Shown in pieces: positions 13,901 through 24,025 of a stretch of DNA of 64,000 nucleotides. The first letter of the stretch is position 1. Each line of letters starts with the position of its first letter. The position numbers were made by a program, and so were the translations under genes. Location: positions 128,001 to 192,000 of IMG/VR virus record IMGVR_UViG_3300021400_000034. The stretch is one strand, 5' to 3'. The stretch is from a virus. Taxonomy: Duplodnaviria > Caudoviricetes. The notes below the pieces were generated by a model. It was given only the letters and a program-made list of their open reading frames with translations. It was not told the DNA's origin and searched no databases.

Positions 13901-14369
13901 ACTAGTCGACCTCATAGACGAGTCATTCGCTGAGTACAAGCTGCCGCACATGCTGGTAGCTTTTCCTCATTGCACGTTCAAGTGCGACAGAGAGAACGGA
14001 AACCGAGTGTGCCAGAACTGGGAGCTCGCTAAGGCGCCTAGAATCACCGTAGAAGCGGAGGACGTCGCTGCCCGGTATGTTTCCAACGATTTGACAAAAG
14101 CGGTCGTATTCGCCGGTCTAGAGCCATTTGACAGCTATGCGGAGATGGTAGACCTGATCGTTCATCTACGCGAAGTCACAAAAGATCCTATCGTGATCTA
14201 CACTGGCTACGAGATGGAGGAGATCTACCCGCAGATTGTGCACTGGAACAGCTTAGGAAACATAATCATCAAGTTCGGACGCTACCGTCCAGGACAGCAG
14301 AAGCACTTCGACGAGGTTCTAGGTGTCGAGCTAGCGTCAGACAATCAGTATGCTAAGCAGATCTGCTGA
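13890..14369 (+). CDS. nrdG: Anaerobic RNR activase-like radical SAM protein
   Basis: CTFKC...CQN cluster motif, GLEPFD, IYTGY, LASDNQ. Confidence 0.75.
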   Translation: MKIELVDLIDESFAEYKLPHMLVAFPHCTFKCDRENGNRVCQNWELAKAPRITVEAEDVAARYVSNDLTKAVVFAGLEPFDSYAEMVDLIVHLREVTKDPIVIYTGYEMEEIYPQIVHWNSLGNIIIKFGRYRPGQQKHFDEVLGVELASDNQYAKQIC

Positions 14370-14399
14370 TATAAATAAGAAAAAGAGAGGTTTAAACCT

Positions 14400-14819
14400 A
14401 TGAAGATGAAGATAAACGAAGCGAAGAAGATCCTAAAAGAGGCACGTATCTCTGTAAAGCCAGCCAAGGCGCTCGCTGCAGACGATCTTGAAGGATTCTT
14501 TGAAGATCTGAACGCAGCTCTGGATCGTGTCGGATTTGACCCAGTAGAAGACTTTAACGAGTTCGAGGAAGAGCTTAACGACATGGGCTCGGCTCATCTG
14601 TTCAACGTAGCTAGCGACGACGAGTACGAGGCTTGGGAAGAGGAAAACGACGGAGACGAAGGCTACTCTGACCACTATTTCGAACTCGCAGAAAAGATCA
14701 TCAAGAGGATCAACAGGGTTCTCGGCGCAAAGTGGTCTGGCTATTCGCTCGACTCCGACGAAGATGACACTCAGATCTTCGTAACGCTGAGCGTTGACGG
14801 CATGGGCGACGACCTATAA
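14400..14819 (+). CDS. Acidic late protein
   Basis: Late promoter 14370; MKINEAKKILKEA N-terminus. Confidence 0.7.
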   Translation: MKMKINEAKKILKEARISVKPAKALAADDLEGFFEDLNAALDRVGFDPVEDFNEFEEELNDMGSAHLFNVASDDEYEAWEEENDGDEGYSDHYFELAEKIIKRINRVLGAKWSGYSLDSDEDDTQIFVTLSVDGMGDDL

Positions 14820-14915
14820 GTCCTAAAAATCTCAAGAAAATCTCAATCCAAGGGTTTAGATTTCCCTTGGATTTTCTTATATTTTACTTGTAAAACTCAA
14901 TAAAGGACCAGCAAC

Positions 14916-15791
14916 ATGCTCAACATTCACCCTATCTTCGCCGAATATGTCAAGAAGTCCATCAACCTCCCGACTGAGTGCCCCGTCTGCAATGGCAATC
15001 TCACTATCACTGACTCTGGCTTCGTCGAGTGCCAGAACATCGACTGCCAGCAGAAGGTCGTCCACCTGCTCGCTGAGTTCTTCAAGGTGCTCGACATTCG
15101 CGGCGCTGGCGACTCTTTCGTCGACAACCTCGTCAACGTCTGCGGCGTCCGCCACATCCACGACCTCTTCGAAGACGGCGCTCAGAAGAAGTTCATCGAA
15201 GCTGCGGGTGGCGTCAACGGCATGAAAGTCTTCGACACTCTCATGGAGGCGCTCAAAGCTCCGATGAGTCTCCCAAAGTTCGTCGCTCTCTTCGATCTTC
15301 GCGGATTCGGCGAGAAGAAGTTCCTCGATCTCGACCAGCTCCCGCAGTTCAAGGAGTTCTACAAGAACCCCGTCAACACGCTCTTCACTCTGAAGCTCCA
15401 GGACTTCCAGACCAGCCATCCAGCTTCGATGGTTAGCGCAGAAGTCATCAACAAGTTCGCTTACGAGTTCGGCCTCAAGCGCAATGACATGGTTCGGACT
15501 GCCAAGATCGCCATGATAAAGTTCGCTCCCAAGGAAGAAGTCAAAGTCGTCGGCGGCAAGTTAGAAGGAAAGAGCTTCTGCTTCACTGGAAAGGCCGAAG
15601 CTATCGGTTCTCGCTCTAAGTGCGAAGAACTCGTCATCGCTAACGGCGGAACTATCAGCTCTGTAAACAAAAATTTAAGTTTTCTCGTCACCGACGACAC
15701 AGAATCTGGCTCTAGCAAGAACAAGAAGGCTAAGGAACTCGGCATTCCGGTCATCACCTCTTTCGAATTCAAGGCCATGCTGGAAGCATAA
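14916..15791 (+). CDS. ligA: NAD-dependent DNA ligase, C-terminal part (Zn finger, HhH, BRCT)
   Basis: PTECPVC...C.N.DC, LDIRGAG, LRGFGEK, LEGKSFCFTG...SSKNKKAKELGIP. Confidence 0.85.
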   Translation: MLNIHPIFAEYVKKSINLPTECPVCNGNLTITDSGFVECQNIDCQQKVVHLLAEFFKVLDIRGAGDSFVDNLVNVCGVRHIHDLFEDGAQKKFIEAAGGVNGMKVFDTLMEALKAPMSLPKFVALFDLRGFGEKKFLDLDQLPQFKEFYKNPVNTLFTLKLQDFQTSHPASMVSAEVINKFAYEFGLKRNDMVRTAKIAMIKFAPKEEVKVVGGKLEGKSFCFTGKAEAIGSRSKCEELVIANGGTISSVNKNLSFLVTDDTESGSSKNKKAKELGIPVITSFEFKAMLEA

Positions 15792-15804
15792 AGAGAGGCG
15801 ATCT

Positions 15805-15990
15805 ATGATGAGAAAGCAACTGGTAGAACCTGGCGCATTCAAAGGTCTTCACTGCTCTATCTGCAAGAAGGATCTCGGAAACGAAGAGAAGGTAGTAGAG
15901 TCGACCGAGATCTTCGGACGCTGGATGTGCATGGACTGCTTCTACGAGCGTCAGAAAGAACGTCAACTAGCTACACGGATGTGGGGTTAG
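15805..15990 (+). CDS. Small Zn-finger protein
   Basis: CSIC...CMDC. Confidence 0.55.
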   Translation: MMRKQLVEPGAFKGLHCSICKKDLGNEEKVVESTEIFGRWMCMDCFYERQKERQLATRMWG

Positions 15991-15994
15991 TGAT

Positions 15995-16615
15995 ATGGAA
16001 CATCTGATCGGCAAATTCCTGAAGATGATGGAACTGCGTTCTGTCAGATTCCTTCACAGAGTAGAAGAGATCACGAAGCAGTATGAGGCCGAGCATGACA
16101 CTTATCCAGACATCATCGCAAAGCCTCATCAATTTCAGATAGCTGATCTGACATGTGACTTCTATGATGATGTGAGGGTCGATCACTACAATAAGAACGG
16201 CGTCGGACACATGGTTCTGGAGATCGTCAACTCTAACTTCTCTCGTGTCGCTGATATGCTAAACGGACTCCTAGCAGCTTATAATGCTCCCGGAATCAGA
16301 CGCAATCTCATCGAGGATAATCTGAAGCATCTCGACAATTTCCTCGGACTTCCAGGATTCAACCCTCCGAGGCTTCTCACAGATGATGAGTTCATAGATG
16401 CAAGCAAAGTCGCACTAGAAGAGATACTCAACTCGACATCCGAAATGATGAAAGATCCGATGGACTTCTATTCTGGGGCAACGTGCGTCACCATGTCTGG
16501 AATGGTCGGAATAAAGAATTATTTGAAGAAGTTGAAAGAAGAAGGGGATCCTGAGTGGGACGAAGTCGACTTTGCTGAATTCTTCTTTCCTAGATTCGCA
16601 CTCTCCGATAAATAA
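15995..16615 (+). CDS. Hypothetical protein, paralog family A
   Basis: Aligns with 17911-18576 (ELRS.R, VNSN.S, F..GA.C...SGM.G..NY). Confidence 0.75.
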   Translation: MEHLIGKFLKMMELRSVRFLHRVEEITKQYEAEHDTYPDIIAKPHQFQIADLTCDFYDDVRVDHYNKNGVGHMVLEIVNSNFSRVADMLNGLLAAYNAPGIRRNLIEDNLKHLDNFLGLPGFNPPRLLTDDEFIDASKVALEEILNSTSEMMKDPMDFYSGATCVTMSGMVGIKNYLKKLKEEGDPEWDEVDFAEFFFPRFALSDK

Positions 16616-16633
16616 AACGAATAGGAGAGACCT

Positions 16634-17341
16634 ATGCCACAGATGTCATTTGAAGATGCGAAGTTGATCATCGAAGCTGCCGGAAAGAAGGCTGTCGAGA
16701 TGACGCCAGAAGATAAAGCGAGAAGAAGAGAGCGAAGACAGATGCGCAGGGCTCTCGTGACTGGAAAACCAGTCAAAGCAGGAATCTGGGCGCTCGTACT
16801 AGGAGCATGCCGTCCAGATCCAGAGTTCTTCGAAAAGAGAAGTCCAGTCGGTCTATCGAAAGATGCAGTAGATGGCGCACTGACGAACGGCGCTCGTCAT
16901 CAGGTCAGCAAGGCCGTCGTGATCGGTCTATATCCAGATCGAAAGTCCGCTATCAAGGCTGCTGAGAAGCTAGTCGACATGCTTATCGCAGATATCGATA
17001 AGGAGTATCACTATCTCATTGACAGATACCAAGGCAAAGAGCGGTACTGTCGAGCTGTCTTGGATGAACTCGAGTGGATAGCCAAGGCGTTCACGATCGT
17101 CAACATCGACGAAAGCAACAAAACGTGGTCCAATCAGCGCTGGTCTCCATTCGACCGTGGGTACTGCTACAGCACAGACACTGAAGCCAGAGAAGAGGCT
17201 GCTAAGGCTACAGAACCGTTGATCCAGAAGTACAGGAAAGAACTGGAAAGGCTGGAGAGAGGTGAAGATGATCGAGGAAGTCGCAATTCCTCGTGGGATC
17301 CTTATTCCGGAAACTTCCGCAACGTATACGCACACCACTAA
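16634..17341 (+). CDS. Hypothetical late protein with shared N-terminal motif
   Basis: N-terminus similar to ORF 805. Confidence 0.7.
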   Translation: MPQMSFEDAKLIIEAAGKKAVEMTPEDKARRRERRQMRRALVTGKPVKAGIWALVLGACRPDPEFFEKRSPVGLSKDAVDGALTNGARHQVSKAVVIGLYPDRKSAIKAAEKLVDMLIADIDKEYHYLIDRYQGKERYCRAVLDELEWIAKAFTIVNIDESNKTWSNQRWSPFDRGYCYSTDTEAREEAAKATEPLIQKYRKELERLERGEDDRGSRNSSWDPYSGNFRNVYAHH

Positions 17342-17418
17342 GAGAAATTGAGAAATCTCAATCCAAAGGGTTTAGATTCCCTTTGGATTTTCTTATATTG
17401 TATATGTAACTCGAACAA

Positions 17419-17883
17419 ATGACAAACAGAATGTACCACGAGAAGTCAGCCGTCATCTATCATGCTCCTATACGAGTCATCGATCTGATCCGCAAGGTCA
17501 AGAACAGCGATATCATATTTCCAGATAACGTGAGATCGTGGAACGTTCAGGAGAATCCCAACCTGGTCGAGAATATTCTGCTAGACATCCAGCCGAACGA
17601 TCTGCTCTTCCAAGTCAAGGAGGATGGACAGTGGATCGTAAGGTACGGCTTCGAGACTATCAAGTCGATATACTCATATCTGGTCGAGCCAGAATTTCCA
17701 GAGGCATCTAAGAAATTCCCTCTGCGCTACGAGAACATCTCATCTATACGCTTCTCTGATCTGAAGCCGATCTGGTACAACGCTGTCAACGAGCACGTCA
17801 TAAAGTGCACATTCATCAGTCCATCAACTCGAAAAGAGATCGTAGAGGACTTAGTCGAACGATTCAAAGGCAAAGAAGTATGA
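17419..17883 (+). CDS. Degenerate DUF262 (GmrSD/ParB-like) domain protein
   Basis: P..VRSW...LVENILL..P...F...DGQW.V pattern; DGQQR motif replaced. Confidence 0.45.
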   Translation: MTNRMYHEKSAVIYHAPIRVIDLIRKVKNSDIIFPDNVRSWNVQENPNLVENILLDIQPNDLLFQVKEDGQWIVRYGFETIKSIYSYLVEPEFPEASKKFPLRYENISSIRFSDLKPIWYNAVNEHVIKCTFISPSTRKEIVEDLVERFKGKEV

Positions 17884-17910
17884 GGAAGAACGACAACAGG
17901 AGAGCTGTGA

Positions 17911-18576
17911 ATGGAACACACGATCACTAAGTTCATAAGAACTATAGAAGTCAGATCTGCTCGCATGTTTAGACTCATGAAGGAGTTCACGGAGTGGTAC
18001 CGGAAAGAGTATCATATTCACGTAGATCTGAGCAATAGAACTATGACGCCGAGGAATTACTTCGTCTACGGCCTCAACATCATCATCTACGACGACATAT
18101 CGATCTACGAGTATGACTCTGAGGGACGAGGTCATCTGATTCTGAGACTAGTCAACTCGAACATGAGTAAGATATGCGAAATACTCGGAGCTATTATGAG
18201 AGCTTACACTTTCAACAATTCTTCAGAAATCACAAAGAAAGTATACGAACTCTCTGGGTTCTTAGGTCTATGGGCGCCAGACTCTAGCAGAGTTCTAGAT
18301 CCTGCTCTTTTCGAAGATCTCTTATGCAAGGCTAGCGAGAGGATGTCTGGTCCGACAAAGTTCTTCGACGGCGCTAGCTGCTACAGTATCTCTGGTATGA
18401 TCGGAACCGAGAACTACATGGACACACTGAAACAGAGGAGATTTGGTCTCATCAACGACAACGAGTACAAGATAGCGGAAGCTTTCTTCAAGTACATAGA
18501 GGACAAGAAGTATGAGGAAGAAGAAAGACAAGAAAGTACACTCGATAGGGTTCCAGTTCGTGAACTCGACTACTAA
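17911..18576 (+). CDS. Hypothetical protein, paralog family A
   Basis: Paralog of 15995. Confidence 0.75.
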   Translation: MEHTITKFIRTIEVRSARMFRLMKEFTEWYRKEYHIHVDLSNRTMTPRNYFVYGLNIIIYDDISIYEYDSEGRGHLILRLVNSNMSKICEILGAIMRAYTFNNSSEITKKVYELSGFLGLWAPDSSRVLDPALFEDLLCKASERMSGPTKFFDGASCYSISGMIGTENYMDTLKQRRFGLINDNEYKIAEAFFKYIEDKKYEEEERQESTLDRVPVRELDY

Positions 18577-19066
18577 GGTATACTACAACGATCCACAGAT
18601 AGCTGTAGAGATCGGCGCAGCGTCTGACACTAGTCCATACCGCGTCAAAGTGAATGGCGAGTCAATCGGATGCGAGACGATAGCGAAAGTCATCATAGAC
18701 GGCAAAATTCACACCTTCGCAGATCCTTTCATGAAAGGATCTTTCACTGATAGAGATGAAGTGATCGAGTGGAGAAAGCACGTCGGTCTAGAGTGCTTCG
18801 AGCGCATCTTGCACTCTGTCGATCCTGACGAGACGGCTTTCGCTGAGTTCCTCAAAGCGCCGTTCAAGGACGGGATCGAAGCTGAGAAGAAAAAGAAGAT
18901 GATAGAGCTGAAGGTCGCTAAGGCTGTCCGAGATAAGAGAGAAGCCGAGAAGCCCAAAGAACCAGATCCTCCGAAGAAGATTGACCCCTATAACCAGAGC
19001 TATCCGACAAGCTACTCGAAGTCATCCTCTATAGATACAGTCCTTCCAATCGGTTCGAGAGGTTAG
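18512..19066 (+). CDS. Hypothetical protein
   Basis: ORF with phage codon usage. Confidence 0.6.
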   Translation: MRKKKDKKVHSIGFQFVNSTTKVYYNDPQIAVEIGAASDTSPYRVKVNGESIGCETIAKVIIDGKIHTFADPFMKGSFTDRDEVIEWRKHVGLECFERILHSVDPDETAFAEFLKAPFKDGIEAEKKKKMIELKVAKAVRDKREAEKPKEPDPPKKIDPYNQSYPTSYSKSSSIDTVLPIGSRG

Positions 19067-19112
19067 ATCTCAACCGATGGTAGGTATAAATAAAGAGAAA
19101 TGGAGAATAAAG

Positions 19113-19601
19113 ATGATAGCACAGTTTTTTGCGTCAGACGAAAGAGAGACAAGCCTTCTGGTCAAGACTGGCTCTCCGGAAGAAGCTATTAAGCTTCAGA
19201 AGTATATGTCAGATCAGCTTTATAATTCTAATGGGCTACTAATAGAGTTCAACAAGACACTTATATCCCATTGGACCATCGGAAAGTTCTACACGATCTC
19301 CTTTGACGACGATCTGGAAGCTCTCGAAGCAGCTGAACAGTGCATCCATGACTACGTGAATCACGTGAACGAGGACTTCTCGATGGGAGTCGAAGGTCCC
19401 ACTGGACTAAATCAAGGAATTCCTCTCGGCGGTCCAGGCAAAGGAGTCATCCCAGCGCCTCTCTTCGGAAAGGGCAAGATCGTGACAAGGGACGACGACA
19501 AGAAGAAGCTCAAGAAGGCTCTCGACGTGCTCGACGTCTACGGCGTCAAAGTCAAGAAGACGAAGAATGTCTCCGAAGACGCTAAGCCTGAGTGGTTCTG
19601 A
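19113..19601 (+). CDS. Hypothetical late protein (possible TGA readthrough to 19772)
   Basis: Late promoter 19085, GGAG SD. Confidence 0.65.
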   Translation: MIAQFFASDERETSLLVKTGSPEEAIKLQKYMSDQLYNSNGLLIEFNKTLISHWTIGKFYTISFDDDLEALEAAEQCIHDYVNHVNEDFSMGVEGPTGLNQGIPLGGPGKGVIPAPLFGKGKIVTRDDDKKKLKKALDVLDVYGVKVKKTKNVSEDAKPEWF

Positions 19602-19896
19602 CGAAATCCTTACACGTTGGAAGACTTCGAGAACTACCTATATGAAGATCTAGGATTCAACGTTGACGAAATCGATGACATCGTGAACGACAACAGGGAG
19701 CTGATCTTCAATATGCTATACGACGGAAAGTCCCCAGCAGATATCGCTGCTGAGATCGACTTTGAAAGCTAATTTAGCTCACCTACAAGCGTAGAGATAC
19801 GCTGTAACGTAGGCAGAGTTCCTAGAGACGGACTAACCCTCTGTCTCTTGCTTTTAGGGTTTAGAAAGCTGCAAGAGTTTCTTATATTTTCTATGC

Positions 19897-20424
19897 ATGG
19901 AACAGGAAAAAGACATAAACCGTATCAAAGGCGAGAAGACAGTCGACATGTTGATGGCCAGGATAGTCCATGAGCTGAACGCAATCGACCCCAGGTTCAG
20001 GTTCTTCATGGAAGCTAGAGCTGGCGTGTTCGTAGCTGACTATCATCACATTACTGGTCGACTTCGAGAAACTCTCCCTACTCTTAGACGGGCTGTCAAA
20101 GTCGAGTCAGGTAGACTATCAGTCATGTACAGTCCCAGATGGATCGATGAACCTTATCTAGCTGGCGCTCACAGCTTCTTCGAGGAGATCAGAAGGACCC
20201 ATCCGGTTGACCTGAACGAGCTGACGCCTATGCACATTGCTCCAAACATATACTGGAGACGAAATTCGGGGTCACGAGAAGACGCTGAAGAGATCGACAT
20301 ATCTAATTCTCTAGCGATCAAGCTAGGAATACCACTTCAGAATACGGCGTTCGGAATATGGGAGTTCAGCCCAGAGAATTTGAAAAAGCTAGGCGACTAT
20401 ATGGATTTGAGCTTTGAGGAGTAA
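19897..20424 (+). CDS. Hypothetical early protein
   Basis: Early promoter 19860. Confidence 0.65.
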   Translation: MEQEKDINRIKGEKTVDMLMARIVHELNAIDPRFRFFMEARAGVFVADYHHITGRLRETLPTLRRAVKVESGRLSVMYSPRWIDEPYLAGAHSFFEEIRRTHPVDLNELTPMHIAPNIYWRRNSGSREDAEEIDISNSLAIKLGIPLQNTAFGIWEFSPENLKKLGDYMDLSFEE

Positions 20425-20558
20425 AATGGTAGAAAAGGATAAGAATGAAGATGGACTTGCTGCTGGTTGCTTTGGCGCAATCGTGGCAGGAATGTTCGTC
20501 ATGGGAATTTTAATGTTCATGGGAACGGGTGCATAAGTAGTATCTCGGACTGAAGAAG

Positions 20559-21152
20559 ATGTTCGATCTAGAGATTGACAAGTACTTTCGAACGATAGCG
20601 TTCCGGCAGTCGAAGTATCTGCAGGACCTGAAGCACGCGTACCCGATCCTCACGTTCAATCTCCTCAAAGAAGAGGCCGACAAGTGCGGAAGGACGCTGA
20701 AAGTCTACAAGGACATGCCCGTCAAGGATCCTAGCTGGGCTCAGCTGTCACTCAGCCTGAAGTCTCCTATGCTCGCTAGGATGAACAGCAGTCTAGAATA
20801 CCTATACATGATGAACGATGATGTAGATCTCGACAGGGTAGGTCCAGTCGCGACGATGTACTCCGATCTCTTCAAGCGAGAGTGGAACGGAGATCCAGCG
20901 ATAGGACTGAAGAAGTGCATCGACGAGATTCTGAAGAGAACCTCGCACGGTCCCTTCAGCATGTGGACCGACTACGAGCGTGAGATACAGCTCTACACCG
21001 GAGCAGCAAAGAGGGCGTTTCTGGACGCTGTGCTGAAGTTTAATCTAGAGATAAGCGGAACTACCACTAAGAACATTATGGACTCCTGTGCTGACGATTT
21101 TGACCGCTTGTCGATATTCATACAGAGCAACTTGGAGAAGTACAAGTACTGA
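20559..21152 (+). CDS. Hypothetical protein (family A-like N-terminus)
   Basis: LEI.K..R....R..KY shared with 21152. Confidence 0.7.
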   Translation: MFDLEIDKYFRTIAFRQSKYLQDLKHAYPILTFNLLKEEADKCGRTLKVYKDMPVKDPSWAQLSLSLKSPMLARMNSSLEYLYMMNDDVDLDRVGPVATMYSDLFKREWNGDPAIGLKKCIDEILKRTSHGPFSMWTDYEREIQLYTGAAKRAFLDAVLKFNLEISGTTTKNIMDSCADDFDRLSIFIQSNLEKYKY

Positions 21153-21775
21153 TGTGGGAACTAGAGATATCTAAAGTGATTCGAGTCGTCGACCTGAGAC
21201 TGGCTAAGTACTGCCACGAGATATCGGAACGATTGACTTACCCAGCTATGGTCAAGAGATTCTGTCAATCTTATGCAGCATCTAGGGTCTGGACTGAGCT
21301 TTACATCAGCGCTGACGAGTGTCCAGGTCACTCATTGACGCTCGAACATCCTAAGCTCTACCTTATTCTCAGGGACCTAGACGAACTATCGAAGATGGAC
21401 CTCTACGGAACACCTTTCACCAATGAGAATCCTGGTATCGCTGTTATCAGTCGTCTCTACTACAACTGCACTGGATATGAACTAGACTGGATGAAATATC
21501 TGAGCGAGCGAACGATCGTTAAGCCTTTCCAGACCGCGATAGATCATCTGCTAGACTATATCACTGGACGCGGAGCTATGCCCACGTTGAAGAGATACAC
21601 GAGAAACTGCCGCATGTTCAGTGGCGACTACAGCATAGAGCCAGAGGATCTGCTGAATGCTGCGAGAGGATGCAATCTCAGCGTAGAGGGAATGAGCCAC
21701 TGGGAGATCCTAGAGGAGTTCCCTTACGACTGCTTCAAGATCGATGAAGAGCTGAAAAAGATGGGAAAACTCTAA
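21152..21775 (+). CDS. Hypothetical protein (family A-like N-terminus)
   Basis: Coupled to the upstream paralog. Confidence 0.7.
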   Translation: MWELEISKVIRVVDLRLAKYCHEISERLTYPAMVKRFCQSYAASRVWTELYISADECPGHSLTLEHPKLYLILRDLDELSKMDLYGTPFTNENPGIAVISRLYYNCTGYELDWMKYLSERTIVKPFQTAIDHLLDYITGRGAMPTLKRYTRNCRMFSGDYSIEPEDLLNAARGCNLSVEGMSHWEILEEFPYDCFKIDEELKKMGKL

Positions 21776-21854
21776 AATAAGGGTTTAGATTCCCTCTGGA
21801 TTTTCTTATATTGTCTATGTAAACCTAGTTCAACCGCCAACAAAAGGACCAAAT

Positions 21855-22316
21855 ATGGCAAAGAACAAGCTCTCCCTCTGGGACCAGATCGACGACCACG
21901 ACGCTGAACGCGCCTGCTCCCTCCTCCAGAACCCTAATGACCGTAAGCTCAGTCAGGCGCTGAACGGCTACGATCGCGCTACCAACGAAAAGAAGCGCCG
22001 TCGTCGCACTGCTCTGCTCTGCGCTCTCACTCTCATCGAAGGCGAGATCGGCATCGGCTCTATCGTTCGCGCTGTGAACCGTCTCTGCGACACTGACGGC
22101 ATCGCCGAAGTCAACGAAGAGTCTATGCGAGACCTCGTCGCATTCATGAAGACCGACACCAAGGGTCAGAGGATCATGCGCCAGATCGTCACCAAGCTCT
22201 CTCGGATGGCTAACGGCATGGACGAAGAGAAGCTCGCCCGCAAGTTCGAGATGAGGATGAACTTCATCGAGCACAAGCCGAAGACAGACATCCCGTTCGA
22301 GATCAACTGGTACTAG
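21855..22316 (+). CDS. Hypothetical protein, paralog family B
   Basis: Early promoter 21784, AAGGACC RBS. Confidence 0.75.
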   Translation: MAKNKLSLWDQIDDHDAERACSLLQNPNDRKLSQALNGYDRATNEKKRRRRTALLCALTLIEGEIGIGSIVRAVNRLCDTDGIAEVNEESMRDLVAFMKTDTKGQRIMRQIVTKLSRMANGMDEEKLARKFEMRMNFIEHKPKTDIPFEINWY

Positions 22317-22319
22317 TCT

Positions 22320-22814
22320 ATGGCCAGCGACCATGTCATAAGGATCAATCTAGCATCGAACATCCTCGGAGACTTCAACGAGGATTTTCTCGAATGCCTT
22401 ATCCATCATGGCGCACTAGATGTCGTTCAGAAGGTGAACGGCCTCTCCGGAATGAGCACTTTCTCTCAACGCGGTTACCGTACCTCCATTATTCTAGCCG
22501 CTGGAGTGATGAGAGAGGAGTTCACGAACTACTATGACGTCGTGACCTACCTCATCGGTCGAGAGCAGTGCACGGGATTCATGACAAAGGAGAAGCTAGA
22601 TCTTCTCCTAGACTGCATAGTGAACTGCGACTACGGACAGTCGCAGCTGCTGATGGCTGTTTCCTACTATGAGCGCTGGAACAAGAAAGACAGACTATCT
22701 CCAGACGAGTTCAAGACCTTGCGTGTGTGGATGACACGCATCGCGAGGATCCGATATGACTTCAAGAAGAATGGCTGGACATATCCGCCAGATTGGCTTC
22801 AAGTGAGGTGGTGA
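22320..22814 (+). CDS. Hypothetical protein, paralog family B
   Basis: Tandem helical ORF. Confidence 0.7.
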   Translation: MASDHVIRINLASNILGDFNEDFLECLIHHGALDVVQKVNGLSGMSTFSQRGYRTSIILAAGVMREEFTNYYDVVTYLIGREQCTGFMTKEKLDLLLDCIVNCDYGQSQLLMAVSYYERWNKKDRLSPDEFKTLRVWMTRIARIRYDFKKNGWTYPPDWLQVRW

Positions 22815-23446
22815 TGCGCAGAGGAATGATGTCGATCATAGAGAATCTCCAGATGGAATTTCCGGAATGGGATAAGGGTCCGCATCTGATGCAGATGCCT
22901 ATGCGTGAGTTTCAGCTCAACTTGTCGACTAACCTAGACGCTAGCAATATCGACCTGATGGTCCGCTATCTGATTCACCGTGAGTCGCTGGACCGAATCT
23001 TCTTGGAGGTCGGATGGCTAGGAAATGTCGCTACTGAAGATCAGTGCAGCCGCATGGGAACCGCTATGCTGACTGCGCTCGCTTACATGACGGAGACTGT
23101 CGATCATGTCGATCTGTCTCACGCGGCTCACAGACTTCTGTTTGACGAGCTGTCTATCTTCGAGCCAGAAACGATGATCCAGTTCTTGCGAGATCTAGCA
23201 AATTGCGGAATGTCTCTGAACGCGCTAGGCATCGCGCTCAGCGCGATGAAGAGAAATGTCGAAGACGATGAGAGATACTATCCTCCGTTCAATACAGAGG
23301 AGCTCAAGCTGATGAGATCATACCAGATGAAGTACGAGTTTCTGAGACACAACGTATATGAAGGAGATGCTCATTTGTACAACGAAGTCTTGAAGCTAGG
23401 CGACGCTTTAGTCAATGTCAAGTGGTCTTATCCGGAGTGGAAGTGA
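22814..23446 (+). CDS. Hypothetical protein, paralog family B
   Basis: AML.A...M, F..E..KLM.SY motif. Confidence 0.7.
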   Translation: MRRGMMSIIENLQMEFPEWDKGPHLMQMPMREFQLNLSTNLDASNIDLMVRYLIHRESLDRIFLEVGWLGNVATEDQCSRMGTAMLTALAYMTETVDHVDLSHAAHRLLFDELSIFEPETMIQFLRDLANCGMSLNALGIALSAMKRNVEDDERYYPPFNTEELKLMRSYQMKYEFLRHNVYEGDAHLYNEVLKLGDALVNVKWSYPEWK

Positions 23447-23994
23447 TGGGTGAGAAGACGATATATCTCAGGACAGTCAACGACGATACGGGCATCTGCG
23501 CACTGATCTCAGCACTGATCGTACGTTACATCATGAAGCGCATAAAGTTCTTTCGTCTAATCGACAGCGAAAAGATGAAACCGTTGATGAGTGGCGAGTA
23601 TCACTACAAACAGTCCGCAATGCTATACTCCGCAGCTATCATGAAGAACACTGAAGAGCCTGGCTGGCGAGTGAAGCACGTCGCTATGGCGACTGGTCTG
23701 TCAGAAGAGACCAGCGAGCAAGTCTTGCACCTCGTAGAGTCCTATCACGGAACGGTGCAGGCTCTAAGCAGAGCTCTCGACTCGATCCGCAAAGAGCAAG
23801 ACGAGCCATACTTCGATCACGAGCAGAGAAAGCTCATGATGTCGTACGAGCTCAGACTCAAGAATCTCCGCCGAGAGCAAGAGAAGACGGAAGAGCCCAG
23901 AATCCAGCTCAGACAAACGGGCTTCATGAATACCTACGAGATGTATACCGAGTTTTTCGCGAAGGAAGGCGAAATTACTATTATTTGGGAATAA
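23446..23994 (+). CDS. Hypothetical protein, paralog family B
   Basis: AMLYSA.IM, F..EQRKLMMSYE motif. Confidence 0.7.
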   Translation: MGEKTIYLRTVNDDTGICALISALIVRYIMKRIKFFRLIDSEKMKPLMSGEYHYKQSAMLYSAAIMKNTEEPGWRVKHVAMATGLSEETSEQVLHLVESYHGTVQALSRALDSIRKEQDEPYFDHEQRKLMMSYELRLKNLRREQEKTEEPRIQLRQTGFMNTYEMYTEFFAKEGEITIIWE

Positions 23995-24025
23995 GAGACT
24001 TGGGATAAATAAGTCGAGGTATGAA

